Assembly (NCBI GenBank): GCA_900543145.1 | Contig: UQPZ01000006.1 | Location: forward strand, 73,416 to 105,415 | Direction: 5' to 3' | From: an uncultured Ruminococcus sp. | GTDB lineage: Bacteria; Bacillota; Clostridia; Oscillospirales; Ruminococcaceae | DNA: 32,000 nucleotides | Shown: piece after piece, positions 23,255-32,000 of the stretch | How the letters are laid out: every line of letters starts with the position of its first letter | Numbering within the stretch: position 1 is the first letter of the stretch | Position numbers and translations under genes: made by a program | Notes under the pieces: generated by a model | Databases searched by the model: none | The model's input: only the letters and a program-made list of their open reading frames with translations | Told to the model about the DNA's origin: nothing

Positions 23255-24346
23255 ATGCAATTAAAAAAAATACTGCCGTTGATTTTATGTGCGGCGGTAG
23301 CGGCATTAGCTATGACCTCCTGCGAAAAAGATAAAAATAACCCGCAGAGCAGTCAGAGCGGAACAAAAAAGCCGGGGGCAAATGCGACGCTTTCGCCTGT
23401 TGAGATCAAGGATTATTCTTTTCCCGTATTTCTTGAAGACAAATCAGCGATGGATATGCTGTCAAACGAGGTCTTTTCTTCATTTAATAAAGACGAGCTT
23501 GTAAGCAAGGTTGACGAGCAGCCGTTTGAAGGATATTCATGCATTGAATGCTACCTTGATACATATTATGTATTTGAGAAGGACGGCTTTGTCGGTATTA
23601 TAAATAAGCACGGAACGGTAGTGATCGAAGCTGAAAAGTATGCTTCAGCTGAACTGGCGGCAAACGATCTAATAAAGCTCAGCTATCCTGACAAATCGGG
23701 AATGGCTCCCGATTATCTCAGAGTAAGCGGAGGCTACGGAAAGCTTATAGAGGATTACAGGTTTTCTCCCGATGAAATAACCGTTTCCTCCGTATATGAC
23801 AACGATGCGGAAAAGGAGCTTTCGGAGCTGAAGGTTTACGGTAAAACCGCATACGATAAAAAATGGGATAGTATTGAGCGTATAGACCCAAATGAAATAA
23901 TTACTTCAAAAAAATACTCTGCTGCATTTAAGGCTTCTTCCTCAGGGCAGCATTACTTTATAATCTTTGACGATTATTACAATGTGAAAGTTTTTGAGGG
24001 CGTTTACGGAATGGTCAGGCTGAAAATAGGAAACGTATATGGTGAATGCTATATTCTCAGCGGCGATCATTACAGCGAGCTGAATAAAATGATAACAAGC
24101 TTCGGAAGCGAAACTGCAGTTAGACAGCCCAGCAAGGACGAAACTCTGGATTTTATTCAGATAGTTTTCGGACTCAGCACTCAGGATCAGGTACAGGTAA
24201 CTATTTCTGCCGACGGCTACTGCCTGACGGACAGTCTTACTCACAACGGTCAGCCGGCAAATAAGTATTTTTCGGTTCTGAGCCGTGAAACCTTTATTGA
24301 TCTTGTCAATTGGGTCAATGAAACGCTTTCGGCAGAATATGAATAA
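23255..24346 (+). CDS. Lipoprotein of unknown function with a WG/KWG-like repeat motif
   Basis: Signal peptide with lipobox (ALAMTSC). FEKDGFVGIINKHGTVVIEAEKY resembles WG-containing repeats. Confidence 0.65.
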   Translation: MQLKKILPLILCAAVAALAMTSCEKDKNNPQSSQSGTKKPGANATLSPVEIKDYSFPVFLEDKSAMDMLSNEVFSSFNKDELVSKVDEQPFEGYSCIECYLDTYYVFEKDGFVGIINKHGTVVIEAEKYASAELAANDLIKLSYPDKSGMAPDYLRVSGGYGKLIEDYRFSPDEITVSSVYDNDAEKELSELKVYGKTAYDKKWDSIERIDPNEIITSKKYSAAFKASSSGQHYFIIFDDYYNVKVFEGVYGMVRLKIGNVYGECYILSGDHYSELNKMITSFGSETAVRQPSKDETLDFIQIVFGLSTQDQVQVTISADGYCLTDSLTHNGQPANKYFSVLSRETFIDLVNWVNETLSAEYE

Positions 24347-24542
24347 AGCAAAAACTTTTTGCAGGACAATGGCGAAATCCTGCATATAAAGGCGTCGTAA
24401 TGTTGACATAACTCATTAAATATGTTATGCTTAAAAACGTTTGGAATATTTCCTGCATATTACGCAGAGGTTTGATTATACTAGGTTATATAAAACTTTG
24501 CGAAAGGAGCAGTGCTTCCGTTTGGAGGCATGACCGTAAAAT

Positions 24543-25292
24543 ATGCCGGATAATCAGAATAACGGAGAGATCCAGCAGCCGCCGCAGGAAAATGACGGCA
24601 GCAGCAATAATAATCCTGCGCCTGAGGATACGGAGCAGCAGCGCGAACAGATCAAGGAAATGGGGGAGATCGCGACCCCGAATGCAAAGCACCTTATCCA
24701 CTGTCTTAATATAATTGGACAGGTCGAAGGACATTATATTCTGCCTCCTCAGAATAAAACAACCAAGTATGAGCATATAATCCCTGCGCTTGTCGCTATA
24801 GAACAGGACAGATCCATTGAAGGTTTAGTTATTATTCTCAATACCGTCGGAGGAGATGTTGAAGCCGGACTTGCTATTGCAGAGCTTGTGGCGGGAATGA
24901 AAACTCCTACAGTGTCGCTTGTAGTAGGAGGAGGTCATTCTATAGGAGTTCCTCTTGCGGTCTGCGCTAAAAAATCCTTTATTGTTCCGTCAGCTACAAT
25001 GACTATTCATCCCGTAAGAATGAACGGACTGGTTCTGGGCGTTCCGCAGACGCTTTCGTATTTTGATAAGATGCAGGAGCGTATTGTCAGGTTCGTAACC
25101 GATAATTCAAGAATAAGCTCTGATGTTTTCAGAGAGCTTATGATGACTACTGGCGAGCTTATGATGGACGTCGGAACAGTTCTCGACGGAGAAAGAGCGG
25201 TAGAGGTTGGTCTTATTGACCAGCTGGGCGGTTTGTCGGACGCTATCGAGTGCCTTTATGAAATGATAGAAGCCGGAGGCAAGGAGGAATAA
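24543..25292 (+). CDS. tepA: ClpP-fold protein, TepA (translocation-enhancing protein) family
   Basis: NIIGQVEGH...[11 protein letters not shown]......[20 protein letters not shown]...[20 protein letters not shown] matches the TepA/YmfB pattern. It is followed by a ylzJ-like mini-gene, as in Bacillus. Confidence 0.7.
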   Translation: MPDNQNNGEIQQPPQENDGSSNNNPAPEDTEQQREQIKEMGEIATPNAKHLIHCLNIIGQVEGHYILPPQNKTTKYEHIIPALVAIEQDRSIEGLVIILNTVGGDVEAGLAIAELVAGMKTPTVSLVVGGGHSIGVPLAVCAKKSFIVPSATMTIHPVRMNGLVLGVPQTLSYFDKMQERIVRFVTDNSRISSDVFRELMMTTGELMMDVGTVLDGERAVEVGLIDQLGGLSDAIECLYEMIEAGGKEE

Positions 25293-25293
25293 A

Positions 25294-25407
25294 ATGCTTT
25301 ATACTATTGTAAATATATATGACGTTCTCCGCACCGACAGTGTTTATGAAAACAGCCACAGCAATTACCTTGAGGTAAAAACTGACCCGTATGAATATTT
25401 AAAGTGA
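25294..25407 (+). CDS. ylzJ: YlzJ-like small protein (37 aa)
   Basis: ATG 25294 begins 1 nt after the tepA stop codon, and RBS AAGGAGG lies upstream. The product is MLYTIVNIYDVLRTDSVYENSHSNYLEVKTDPYEYLK. The M(I/L)LYT N-terminus and the position after tepA fit the YlzJ family. Confidence 0.5.
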   Translation: MLYTIVNIYDVLRTDSVYENSHSNYLEVKTDPYEYLK

Positions 25408-25484
25408 TTTTCAAGCCCTGATCACAGGGCTTAGCTACATAAAATATAACTGCAGAATTTTATTTTCGGAAAGGAAAGTACATA

Positions 25485-26348
25485 ATGAGTGTAATTAATG
25501 CGGTCTTTCAGGCAATAATCCAGGGCCTGACGGAATTTCTGCCCGTTTCAAGCTCGGGGCATCTATCATTATATCAGCATTTTACAGGAAATAACGGCGA
25601 GGGAGCATTATTCTTTTCGGCTGTGCTTCATCTCGGAACGCTTGTAGCTGTATTTATTGCTTTCAGGACTACGATTGCGGCAATGCTTAAGGAACTGGTG
25701 GTGCTTATAAAGGATATATTTACAGGTAAATTTTCTTATAAAAGCATGAATCCGGAAAGACGAATGATTATAATGATGGTTATATCCTGTGCCTGCCTGC
25801 TGCCGTTTGCACCTTTCCTCGACTGGTTTACGGGTATATCTGAGGATAAAAGCATATTTGCCGAAGGACTTTGCTTCCTTTATACCGCGGGACTGCTCTT
25901 TATGTCAGACCGCTGTATGAAGGGCAGAAAGACTCCCGCCGATATTACCGGCAAGGACGCCGTTGCAGTAGGCTTCTTTCAGGGAGTTGCCCTGCTTCCG
26001 GGAGTATCCCGTTCAGGTTCTACGATAAGCGCCGGACTGTTTTCCGGAATGACGAGAGATACGGCGGTAAAGTATTCGTTTATTTTAGGAATACCGGTAA
26101 TAATGCTTGGCTGTATTACCGAGGTCAAGGACGCAGTCGGAACAGGTGCTGAAATAGAATGGGGAAGCTGTCTTGTAGGCTTTATAGTTGCCGCATTTGT
26201 GGGAATATGCGCTATAAAAATGGTAAGCTGGCTTGTAAAGACAGATAAATTTAAAATTTTCGGTTACTATACTTTCATTCTTGGAATAACAGTTATCGTT
26301 ATTTCGATAATCGAGAAGTTTATCGGACACGCAATAACTATTGGATAA
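25485..26348 (+). CDS. uppP: Undecaprenyl-diphosphate phosphatase
   Basis: QGLTEFLPVSSSGHL and PGVSRSGSTI signatures in a polytopic membrane protein. Confidence 0.92.
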   Translation: MSVINAVFQAIIQGLTEFLPVSSSGHLSLYQHFTGNNGEGALFFSAVLHLGTLVAVFIAFRTTIAAMLKELVVLIKDIFTGKFSYKSMNPERRMIIMMVISCACLLPFAPFLDWFTGISEDKSIFAEGLCFLYTAGLLFMSDRCMKGRKTPADITGKDAVAVGFFQGVALLPGVSRSGSTISAGLFSGMTRDTAVKYSFILGIPVIMLGCITEVKDAVGTGAEIEWGSCLVGFIVAAFVGICAIKMVSWLVKTDKFKIFGYYTFILGITVIVISIIEKFIGHAITIG

Positions 26349-26425
26349 TGCTATTTATGACGCGGGACTGCCCGGTGCGGTCCTGCATTGCTGTTAATGA
26401 GATTTTACGGTGGTGAAAAAATATA

Positions 26426-29008
26426 ATGGCGGCGGCAAAGAAACCTGCAGCTTCAAAGTCAGCGTCAGGAAGCAAGAGCAAAGCGGCTTCCGGTTCAAAA
26501 TCAAATACGAATAAAAACGCTGCTAAGAGTCCTGCTCCTAAGGGTGCAAAGGGTTCTGCTCAGGCTGCCAAGAAAAGTGCGGTTCAAGCGGCAAGAGAAC
26601 GTGAGCAAAGACGCTTTTGGTCGTACATACTGTTTTTCGCCGGTGTTCTGGAGCTTCTGGTTACCTTTATAAAAGGCGACGGTCTGTGGACAAGCCTTTA
26701 TGAGGTAAACAGAGGCGTTTTAGGTATGTCTGTATTTCTTGCAGGGCCAATGATCATTTACGTTGCGCTTCAGATAGCATCGGACAGATCTCATAACGCC
26801 GTAATTGCAAGGATCGTTCAGGGATTGGTGCTTATGCTTCTGTTAAGCGGAACGGCTCAGATCTTGTTTAACGGAACGGTTGAGGGGAAAACGTTTCTTT
26901 TAAAGCTCAAGGGTCTGTACAACGACGGAATAAGGCTTAACGGCGGAGGAATTGCAAGCGCAGCGCTTGGCTGGCCCCTGCTTGCGGCATTCAAGCGTGT
27001 CGGAGGAGCTATAATGATTATTCTGCTTGATTTTACCTTTATCATGCTCCTTACCAACCTGACGCTTCCCGAGCTGTTTAAAATTATCTCAAAGCCTTTT
27101 GTCGGCGGATATAAGGCGGTAAGCGAAGAGCGTATTGAAAGAGCTATGCAGCCTCCTAAAGAAAAAACTGAGAAAAAGCAGAGCAGAAAATCTGATAAAA
27201 GGGTTCGTATAGATATAGCTAAATATTATCAGGAAGAAGATAACACCCAGGACGCAGGAATATTTCCTTATGCTCAGGATGCAGGAAAACAGGAAAATAA
27301 TGATACTCCGGATATAAAGCTTCCTTTCGATCCTGTAAGAATGCCTAAGTCTGAAGATAACAGCTCAGGCAGCGATAAAAAAGCTGAGGAGCAGGAGCTG
27401 AAGCGCATTATCGAAAAGGCGGTCGCTAAGGAACAGGAAAAAATTGAAGAAAAGCTAGAAAAGGAAAACCATTCTAAGCCCAAGGAGGTTTTTGTTGACG
27501 AGGAAGGGCAGACTTCGATACTGGAGCAGAAGGAAACCGTTCCTGCCTATGTTTATCCGCCAGTCGATATTCTTAAATATTCCGTTAATTCCACTTCTCC
27601 GGAGCTTGCACAGAGAGAAATAGAAGAAAAGTCTCAAAAGCTTGTTGAAACTCTTGAAACCTTTGGCGTTAAGACGAGAATTATCGGGATTCACAGAGGA
27701 CCGTCCGTAACGAGATACGAGCTTCAGCCTGCGGCGGGAGTAAAGGTAAAGCAGATAACCAATCTTGCCGACGATATAGCGCTTAATCTTGCCGCAAACG
27801 GAGTAAGAATTGAAGCGCCTATTCCGGGCAAGGCGGCAATAGGTATCGAGATACCGAATATTCATCGGGACAGCGTTTCAATGCGTGAGCTGATAGACAG
27901 CGAGGAATACCGCAGTGCAAGGGGCAAGCTGTCGTTTGCTGTGGGGAAGGATATTGAGGGCAAGATAGTTATAGGAGATATTGCTTCAATGCCTCATATG
28001 CTTATTGCGGGAACTACCGGTTCCGGAAAGTCGGTATTTACCAACTCGATTATACTAAATATACTTTTTCATGCCTCGCCTGACGAGGTAAAGCTTATTC
28101 TTATTGACCCAAAAAAGGTAGAGTTTCCTATGTATAACGGAATTCCGCACCTGCTTATCCCGGTCGTTACCGAACCGTTAAAGGCGGCGGGAGCGCTTGG
28201 CTGGGCAGTAAATGAAATGATGAGAAGATATAAGCTTTTTGAGGCTAACGGAACGAAAAATCTTGAGGATTATAATCAGTTTGTTGATGAAAATCCGGAG
28301 CTCGAAAGAACAAAGCTTGCTCAGATAGTAATAGTAGTAGACGAATTTGCAGATCTTATGCTTGCGGCAAAATCCGAGGTAGAGGAATCGGTAATGCGTC
28401 TTGCACAGCTGGCAAGAGCGGCGGGAATGCATATGCTTATCGCTACTCAGTCGCCCAGAGTAGACGTTCTTACCGGTCTTATCAAAGCCAATATCCCCAG
28501 CAGAACTGCGCTTTCGGTGTCTAACAATACCGATTCGAGAGTAATACTTGATGAAATAGGAGCTGAAAAGCTTCTCGGCAAGGGAGATATGCTGTATAAG
28601 CCGGTAGGTATGCCTAAGCCTCTGCGTATACAGAGCGGCTTTGCTTCTACCGCTGAAATAAGAAATCTTGTTAAGTTTCTTAAAAGTGAGCATAAAACAG
28701 AATATAATGAAGAGGTTATTCATGAGGTTGAGCAGAATATTCCTCAGCCTAAAAATAAAGGCGCTGACTGCGACGTTTCTGTCAATACTGACGACGATCT
28801 TACCGCTCAGGCTATATCAATAATCGTGGAAACCGGCAATGCGTCTACAGCGTTTTTGCAGAGAAAGCTCAAGCTTGGTTTTCCACGGGCAGCCAGGATA
28901 ATGGACGAGATTGAAGAAATGGGCATAATAGGTCCTCAGGAAGGCTCTAAGCCGAGAAAAATAAATATTTCCAAGGAAGAATGGCTTGAACGTCAGGCAA
29001 TGAAATAG
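26426..29008 (+). CDS. ftsK: DNA translocase FtsK/SpoIIIE
   Basis: Lys/Ala/Ser-rich N-terminus, TM segments, Walker A AGTTGSGKS, Walker B IVIVVDEFADL, and a gamma winged-helix domain (ASTAFLQRKLKLGFPRAARIMDEIEEMGIIGP). Confidence 0.95.
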   Translation: MAAAKKPAASKSASGSKSKAASGSKSNTNKNAAKSPAPKGAKGSAQAAKKSAVQAAREREQRRFWSYILFFAGVLELLVTFIKGDGLWTSLYEVNRGVLGMSVFLAGPMIIYVALQIASDRSHNAVIARIVQGLVLMLLLSGTAQILFNGTVEGKTFLLKLKGLYNDGIRLNGGGIASAALGWPLLAAFKRVGGAIMIILLDFTFIMLLTNLTLPELFKIISKPFVGGYKAVSEERIERAMQPPKEKTEKKQSRKSDKRVRIDIAKYYQEEDNTQDAGIFPYAQDAGKQENNDTPDIKLPFDPVRMPKSEDNSSGSDKKAEEQELKRIIEKAVAKEQEKIEEKLEKENHSKPKEVFVDEEGQTSILEQKETVPAYVYPPVDILKYSVNSTSPELAQREIEEKSQKLVETLETFGVKTRIIGIHRGPSVTRYELQPAAGVKVKQITNLADDIALNLAANGVRIEAPIPGKAAIGIEIPNIHRDSVSMRELIDSEEYRSARGKLSFAVGKDIEGKIVIGDIASMPHMLIAGTTGSGKSVFTNSIILNILFHASPDEVKLILIDPKKVEFPMYNGIPHLLIPVVTEPLKAAGALGWAVNEMMRRYKLFEANGTKNLEDYNQFVDENPELERTKLAQIVIVVDEFADLMLAAKSEVEESVMRLAQLARAAGMHMLIATQSPRVDVLTGLIKANIPSRTALSVSNNTDSRVILDEIGAEKLLGKGDMLYKPVGMPKPLRIQSGFASTAEIRNLVKFLKSEHKTEYNEEVIHEVEQNIPQPKNKGADCDVSVNTDDDLTAQAISIIVETGNASTAFLQRKLKLGFPRAARIMDEIEEMGIIGPQEGSKPRKINISKEEWLERQAMK

Positions 29009-29088
29009 AAAACACCGGTTCAATACTGTAGAAACTGCGGTTTTGGAATTTAATGGAACAAAAGTAAAGCGCAGACGGGAGGTATTTT

Positions 29089-30039
29089 ATGTCTAATACA
29101 CGCAAACGTAAGAAGTCCGGTCATTCTGCAAACGTGTTCAGACATAAGCTTACGTTTGCTGCGCTGATCATTACGGCGCTGGCTGCGGCAGCTTTGTTTG
29201 TGCTTGACAGGACGGGGGTCTTTACCTACAGCGACTGGAGAATAAAGCTGGGGCTTGAGGAAAAGCCGGCTGTAGTTGAAAACTCGGATACGCAGGTTCA
29301 TTTTATAGACGTAGGTCAGGGCGACTGCTCACTTGTCATATCAGACGGAAAAACAATGCTCATAGACTGCGGAGACCGCGATGAGGACAATACAGTAATC
29401 AAATATCTTCAAAAGCTGGGGATAAAAAAGCTTGACGTTATTATAGCGACTCATCCTCATTCAGATCATATCGGAGAAATGAGTGAAATAATTGACAGCT
29501 TTGAAATGGATAAATTCATAATGCCTGAGATCCCAAAGGCTATGACGCCAACTTCAAAGACCTTTGAAAATATGCTAAGTTCCATTAAAAACAGAAAAAT
29601 GAAAATTACTAAGGCTCAGGACGAAAGTTTTACTTTGGGCAGCGCTGAAGTACAGCTGTTTACGTCTAAGGAGGAGCATAGTGATCTCAATAATTATTCG
29701 GTTCTTGTAAAGATAGTTCACGGTGATAACAGCTTTCTTGTTACCGGCGACTGTGAAACTGAGGAAGAAAAGGAAATGCTGGAGCAGGGCTTCGATTTAT
29801 CGGCAAAGGTGCTGAAAGTCGGACATCACGGCAGTTCTACGTCGTCATCAAGCGGATTTCTTACGGCTGTTTCCCCAAAATATGCTGTGATATCCTGCGG
29901 ACTGGACAATAAGTACGGTCACCCAAGTGATGAAACTCTGGTAAGACTTGAAAAGTACGCTGAGAATATATACATAACCCGCGACGATAAAACGATAGTT
30001 TTTCTTTCCGACGGAAAGGGTCTGTCGCTGACGAAATAA
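29089..30039 (+). CDS. Membrane-anchored MBL-fold metallo-hydrolase, ComEC C-terminal-domain-like
   Basis: N-terminal TM helix, HFIDVGQGD, ATHPHSDHIGE, and KVGHHGS motifs. Confidence 0.75.
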   Translation: MSNTRKRKKSGHSANVFRHKLTFAALIITALAAAALFVLDRTGVFTYSDWRIKLGLEEKPAVVENSDTQVHFIDVGQGDCSLVISDGKTMLIDCGDRDEDNTVIKYLQKLGIKKLDVIIATHPHSDHIGEMSEIIDSFEMDKFIMPEIPKAMTPTSKTFENMLSSIKNRKMKITKAQDESFTLGSAEVQLFTSKEEHSDLNNYSVLVKIVHGDNSFLVTGDCETEEEKEMLEQGFDLSAKVLKVGHHGSSTSSSSGFLTAVSPKYAVISCGLDNKYGHPSDETLVRLEKYAENIYITRDDKTIVFLSDGKGLSLTK

Positions 30040-30075
30040 AGTAACAAAGCAATTTTAAATGCCTGGAGAATGAAT

Positions 30076-30285
30076 ATGAAGCTTATTATAGACCGCAGGG
30101 AGGGCGAAAGCTTTGTCTGCGAGGACGAAATTGGGAATAAAGTAATTATCCCCTGCGTACAGGCTCAAAATGCGGCGGAGGGAGATATTATCGAATACAA
30201 AAACGGCGTTTATACCGTTCTTGCGGAAGAAACCGCCGAGCGCCGTAAAAAAATAAACAGGCTGTTGGATTCCCTTTGGGAGTAA
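30076..30285 (+). CDS. DUF3006 domain protein
   Basis: MKLIIDRREGESFVCED....GDIIEYKNGVYTV is a typical DUF3006 sequence, commonly found next to ComEC-like MBL genes. ATG 30076 has better spacing to GGAG (30065-30068) than ATG 30070. Confidence 0.65.
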   Translation: MKLIIDRREGESFVCEDEIGNKVIIPCVQAQNAAEGDIIEYKNGVYTVLAEETAERRKKINRLLDSLWE

Positions 30286-30328
30286 GCCGCTTTAATTCAG
30301 AAAAAGGGAGGCGAACCCATGCCGACGC

Positions 30329-31195
30329 ATGGGAAAACTTATGAAAAAGGATTTATTTTCGCTGATAGAAGAGCGTCAGCCAAAGCTTTCCAAGGGTCAC
30401 AAGCTGATAGCCAATTATATACTTGCACATTACGATAAGGCGGCTTTTATGACGGCTCAGAAGCTTGGAAAAACCGTCGGAGTAAGCGAGTCTACGGTCG
30501 TCAGATTTGCGTCGGAGCTTGGCTATGACGGTTATCCCGCATTGCAGAGGGCGCTTCAGGATCTTATGAGAAACAGGCTTACAGCAGTTCAGAGAATAGA
30601 GGTTACTTCCGACCGAATGAACCGGGACGATGTGCTTGAAAGGGTGCTTAATCTTGATATTGATAAGATACGCCGTACGCTTGAAGAAACGTCAAAGGAG
30701 GATTTCAACAGCGCAGTTGACAAAATTATAGCCTGCAATACTATTTATATTCTGGGGGCAAGAAGCGCGGCTCCGCTGGCAAGCTTTCTGAATTATTATT
30801 TTACGCTTATCTTTCCCAGAGTTAAGCTTATCAGAAATACAACTACCAGCGAAATGTTCGAGCAGATAATGCATATGGATGAGAAGGATGTTATAATCGG
30901 TATCTCATTCCCCAGGTATTCCCGTCAGACCGTAAAGGCTCTTCAGTATGCAAGCAATAAAGGGGCAAGCGTAATAGCAATAACAGATTCGGCTGAATCC
31001 CCCCTAGCTCAGTATGCTGATAATCTTCTTCTCGCCAGCAGCGATATGGCTTCCTTTGTGGATTCTCTGGTTGCGCCGCTGAGCCTTATTAACGCACTTA
31101 TAGCGGCGGTTTCCATAAGCAATGTCGATAAGGTTTCAAAAAGCTTTGAACGTCTGGAGCGTATCTGGGAAGAATACGATGTTTATCAGCCGTAG
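30329..31195 (+). CDS. MurR/RpiR family transcriptional regulator (HTH_6 plus SIS domains)
   Basis: LSKGHKLIANYILAHYDKAAFMTAQKLGKTVGVSESTVVRFASELGYDGYPALQ is the HTH. The SIS domain contains IYILGARSAAPLA. The start is ambiguous (30329 or 30341). Confidence 0.85.
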   Translation: MGKLMKKDLFSLIEERQPKLSKGHKLIANYILAHYDKAAFMTAQKLGKTVGVSESTVVRFASELGYDGYPALQRALQDLMRNRLTAVQRIEVTSDRMNRDDVLERVLNLDIDKIRRTLEETSKEDFNSAVDKIIACNTIYILGARSAAPLASFLNYYFTLIFPRVKLIRNTTTSEMFEQIMHMDEKDVIIGISFPRYSRQTVKALQYASNKGASVIAITDSAESPLAQYADNLLLASSDMASFVDSLVAPLSLINALIAAVSISNVDKVSKSFERLERIWEEYDVYQP

Positions 31196-31264
31196 GCTGT
31201 CGGATATAAAAATGGTATTACTGTAAAACTGCAAAGTTCTGATAAACGGCACGGGAGAGATTTA

Positions 31265-32000
31265 ATGTCTGAAATTATTATCATAGGCGGCGGAGCGGCA
31301 GGACTTTTCTGCGCTGTTCAGTCGGCATGGCTCGGAAATAAGGTAACTGTTATTGAGCATATGCGAAAGCCCGGAAGAAAGCTTCTTATAACAGGAAAGG
31401 GCAGGTGTAACGTTACAAATAACTGCGATACGGAAACGGTAATGAAGAATATTCCCAGAAACCCGAGATTTATGTATTCCTCTCTTTCACGATTTTCGCC
31501 GGAGGATACAATGGCGTTTTTTGAATCGCTGGGAGTTGCGCTTAAAACAGAGCGGGGCGGCAGGGTCTTTCCTGAAAGCGATAAGGCGGAGTCTGTTCTG
31601 AATGCGCTGATCGGTGCGGCAGGACAGGCGGGCGTAAGGTTTGTTTACGATAACGCATTGGAGCTTATTACAGAGGATAATGCGGTAAAGGGAGTAAGGT
31701 GCGGGGCTTCGGAATATTTTGCGCCTAAGGTAGTTGTAGCTACAGGAGGTATGTCATATCCTATTACAGGCTCTACCGGCGACGGCTATAGGTTTGCGGC
31801 TCAGGCAGGGCATAGCGTAACTGAAATTTCTCCGTCTCTTTGTCCTATAGTAACTGAGGAGAGCTACTGCGCAGAAATGATGGGGCTTTCACTCAGAAAC
31901 TGTATTCTTACTCTTTATGATGTTCAGTCGGAAAAAACATTGTTTTCTGAGCTTGGGGAGCTGCTTTTTACGCATTTCGGCTTGTCAGGCCCTCTTGCAC
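31265..32000 (+). CDS. HI0933/YhiN-like NAD(FAD)-utilising flavoprotein (5' part; continues beyond the window)
   Basis: Not in the track because there is no stop in the window. From ATG 31265 it reads MSEIIIIGGGAAGLFCAVQSAWLGNKVTVIEHMRKPGRKLLITGKGRCNVTN...FPESDKAESVLNAL, i.e. a GxGxxG dinucleotide fold plus the G(K/G)GRCN motif of the family. Confidence 0.85.
   Translation, partial: MSEIIIIGGGAAGLFCAVQSAWLGNKVTVIEHMRKPGRKLLITGKGRCNVTNNCDTETVMKNIPRNPRFMYSSLSRFSPEDTMAFFESLGVALKTERGGRVFPESDKAESVLNALIGAAGQAGVRFVYDNALELITEDNAVKGVRCGASEYFAPKVVVATGGMSYPITGSTGDGYRFAAQAGHSVTEISPSLCPIVTEESYCAEMMGLSLRNCILTLYDVQSEKTLFSELGELLFTHFGLSGPLA

Noticed and set aside
24427-24776. Mirror-image ORFs 24427..24714 (+) and 24486..24776 (-) at the tepA 5' end
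   Set aside because: Their Arg-rich, low-complexity translations come from the alternative frames of the Gln/Asn/Pro/Glu-rich tepA N-terminus. The tepA frame continues into a conserved ClpP-fold domain.
26857-28723. Minus-strand ORFs inside ftsK (26857..27057, 27274..27483, 27455..27865, 28178..28723)
   Set aside because: They are shadows of a long, well-supported gene. They have Arg/Ser/Leu-rich artefactual composition.
30319-30438. 39-aa ORF starting 7 nt after the AGGGAGG RBS, out of frame with the RpiR gene
   Set aside because: Its product has no recognisable features and it fully overlaps the conserved RpiR N-terminal HTH frame. It is noted only because it makes the RpiR start (30329 or 30341) uncertain.
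1-32000. CRISPR arrays, rRNA genes, IS elements/transposases, and recognisable multi-gene defence systems (restriction-modification, CBASS, retron, toxin-antitoxin with known folds)
   Set aside because: None were seen. There are no regularly spaced direct repeats, no transposase-like ORFs and no characteristic enzyme motifs outside the features listed.

Overview
This window is a low-GC Gram-positive (Clostridia-like) chromosome segment. That assignment is inferred from gene content: yyaL, metG, folC, uvrC, GH94 cellobiose phosphorylase, tepA-ylzJ, uppP, ftsK, a ComEC-like MBL hydrolase with DUF3006, an RpiR regulator and an HI0933-type flavoprotein. At 1897-10735 the chromosome is interrupted by a visibly more AT-rich element of about 8.8 kb. 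The element is flanked by a 46-bp direct repeat (one mismatch) that is the 3' end of tRNA-Arg(CCG). The intact tRNA sits at 10690-10766 next to a tyrosine integrase. The displaced native tRNA 3' fragment, still followed by its own terminator, sits at 1853-1942. The element has the gene layout of a filamentous phage (inovirus): a small OB-like protein, a 57-aa pVIII-like major coat protein missed by the ORF track, a strong terminator, a 554-aa secreted pIII-like protein, three small membrane proteins and an M13 pI/Zot-like ATPase. No secretin is present. Its replication module is not a classical inovirus one. The Rep (7894-9114) aligns motif by motif with circovirus/CRESS-DNA Reps (HUH endonuclease plus SF3 helicase). 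Just upstream is a perfect 10-bp stem-loop whose loop carries the canonical CRESS nonanucleotide TAGTATTAC, immediately followed by GTTACAA iterons. Other notable points in the element: a candidate -1 programmed frameshift (A_AAA_AAC plus a hairpin 8 nt downstream) that would add a C-terminal membrane anchor to the pIII-like protein; an 18-bp palindrome present three times; a divergent consensus-promoter switch with GTACTA/TAGTAC operators controlled by a ribbon-helix-helix protein; a SprT-like metalloprotease gene upstream of the Rep gene; and a GC-rich hairpin cluster. In the host part, a consensus promoter and a strong terminator bracket an ORF-less ~125-nt unit (sRNA candidate) at 22959-23118. 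All homology statements come from reading the translations and recalling family motifs. No searches were run.
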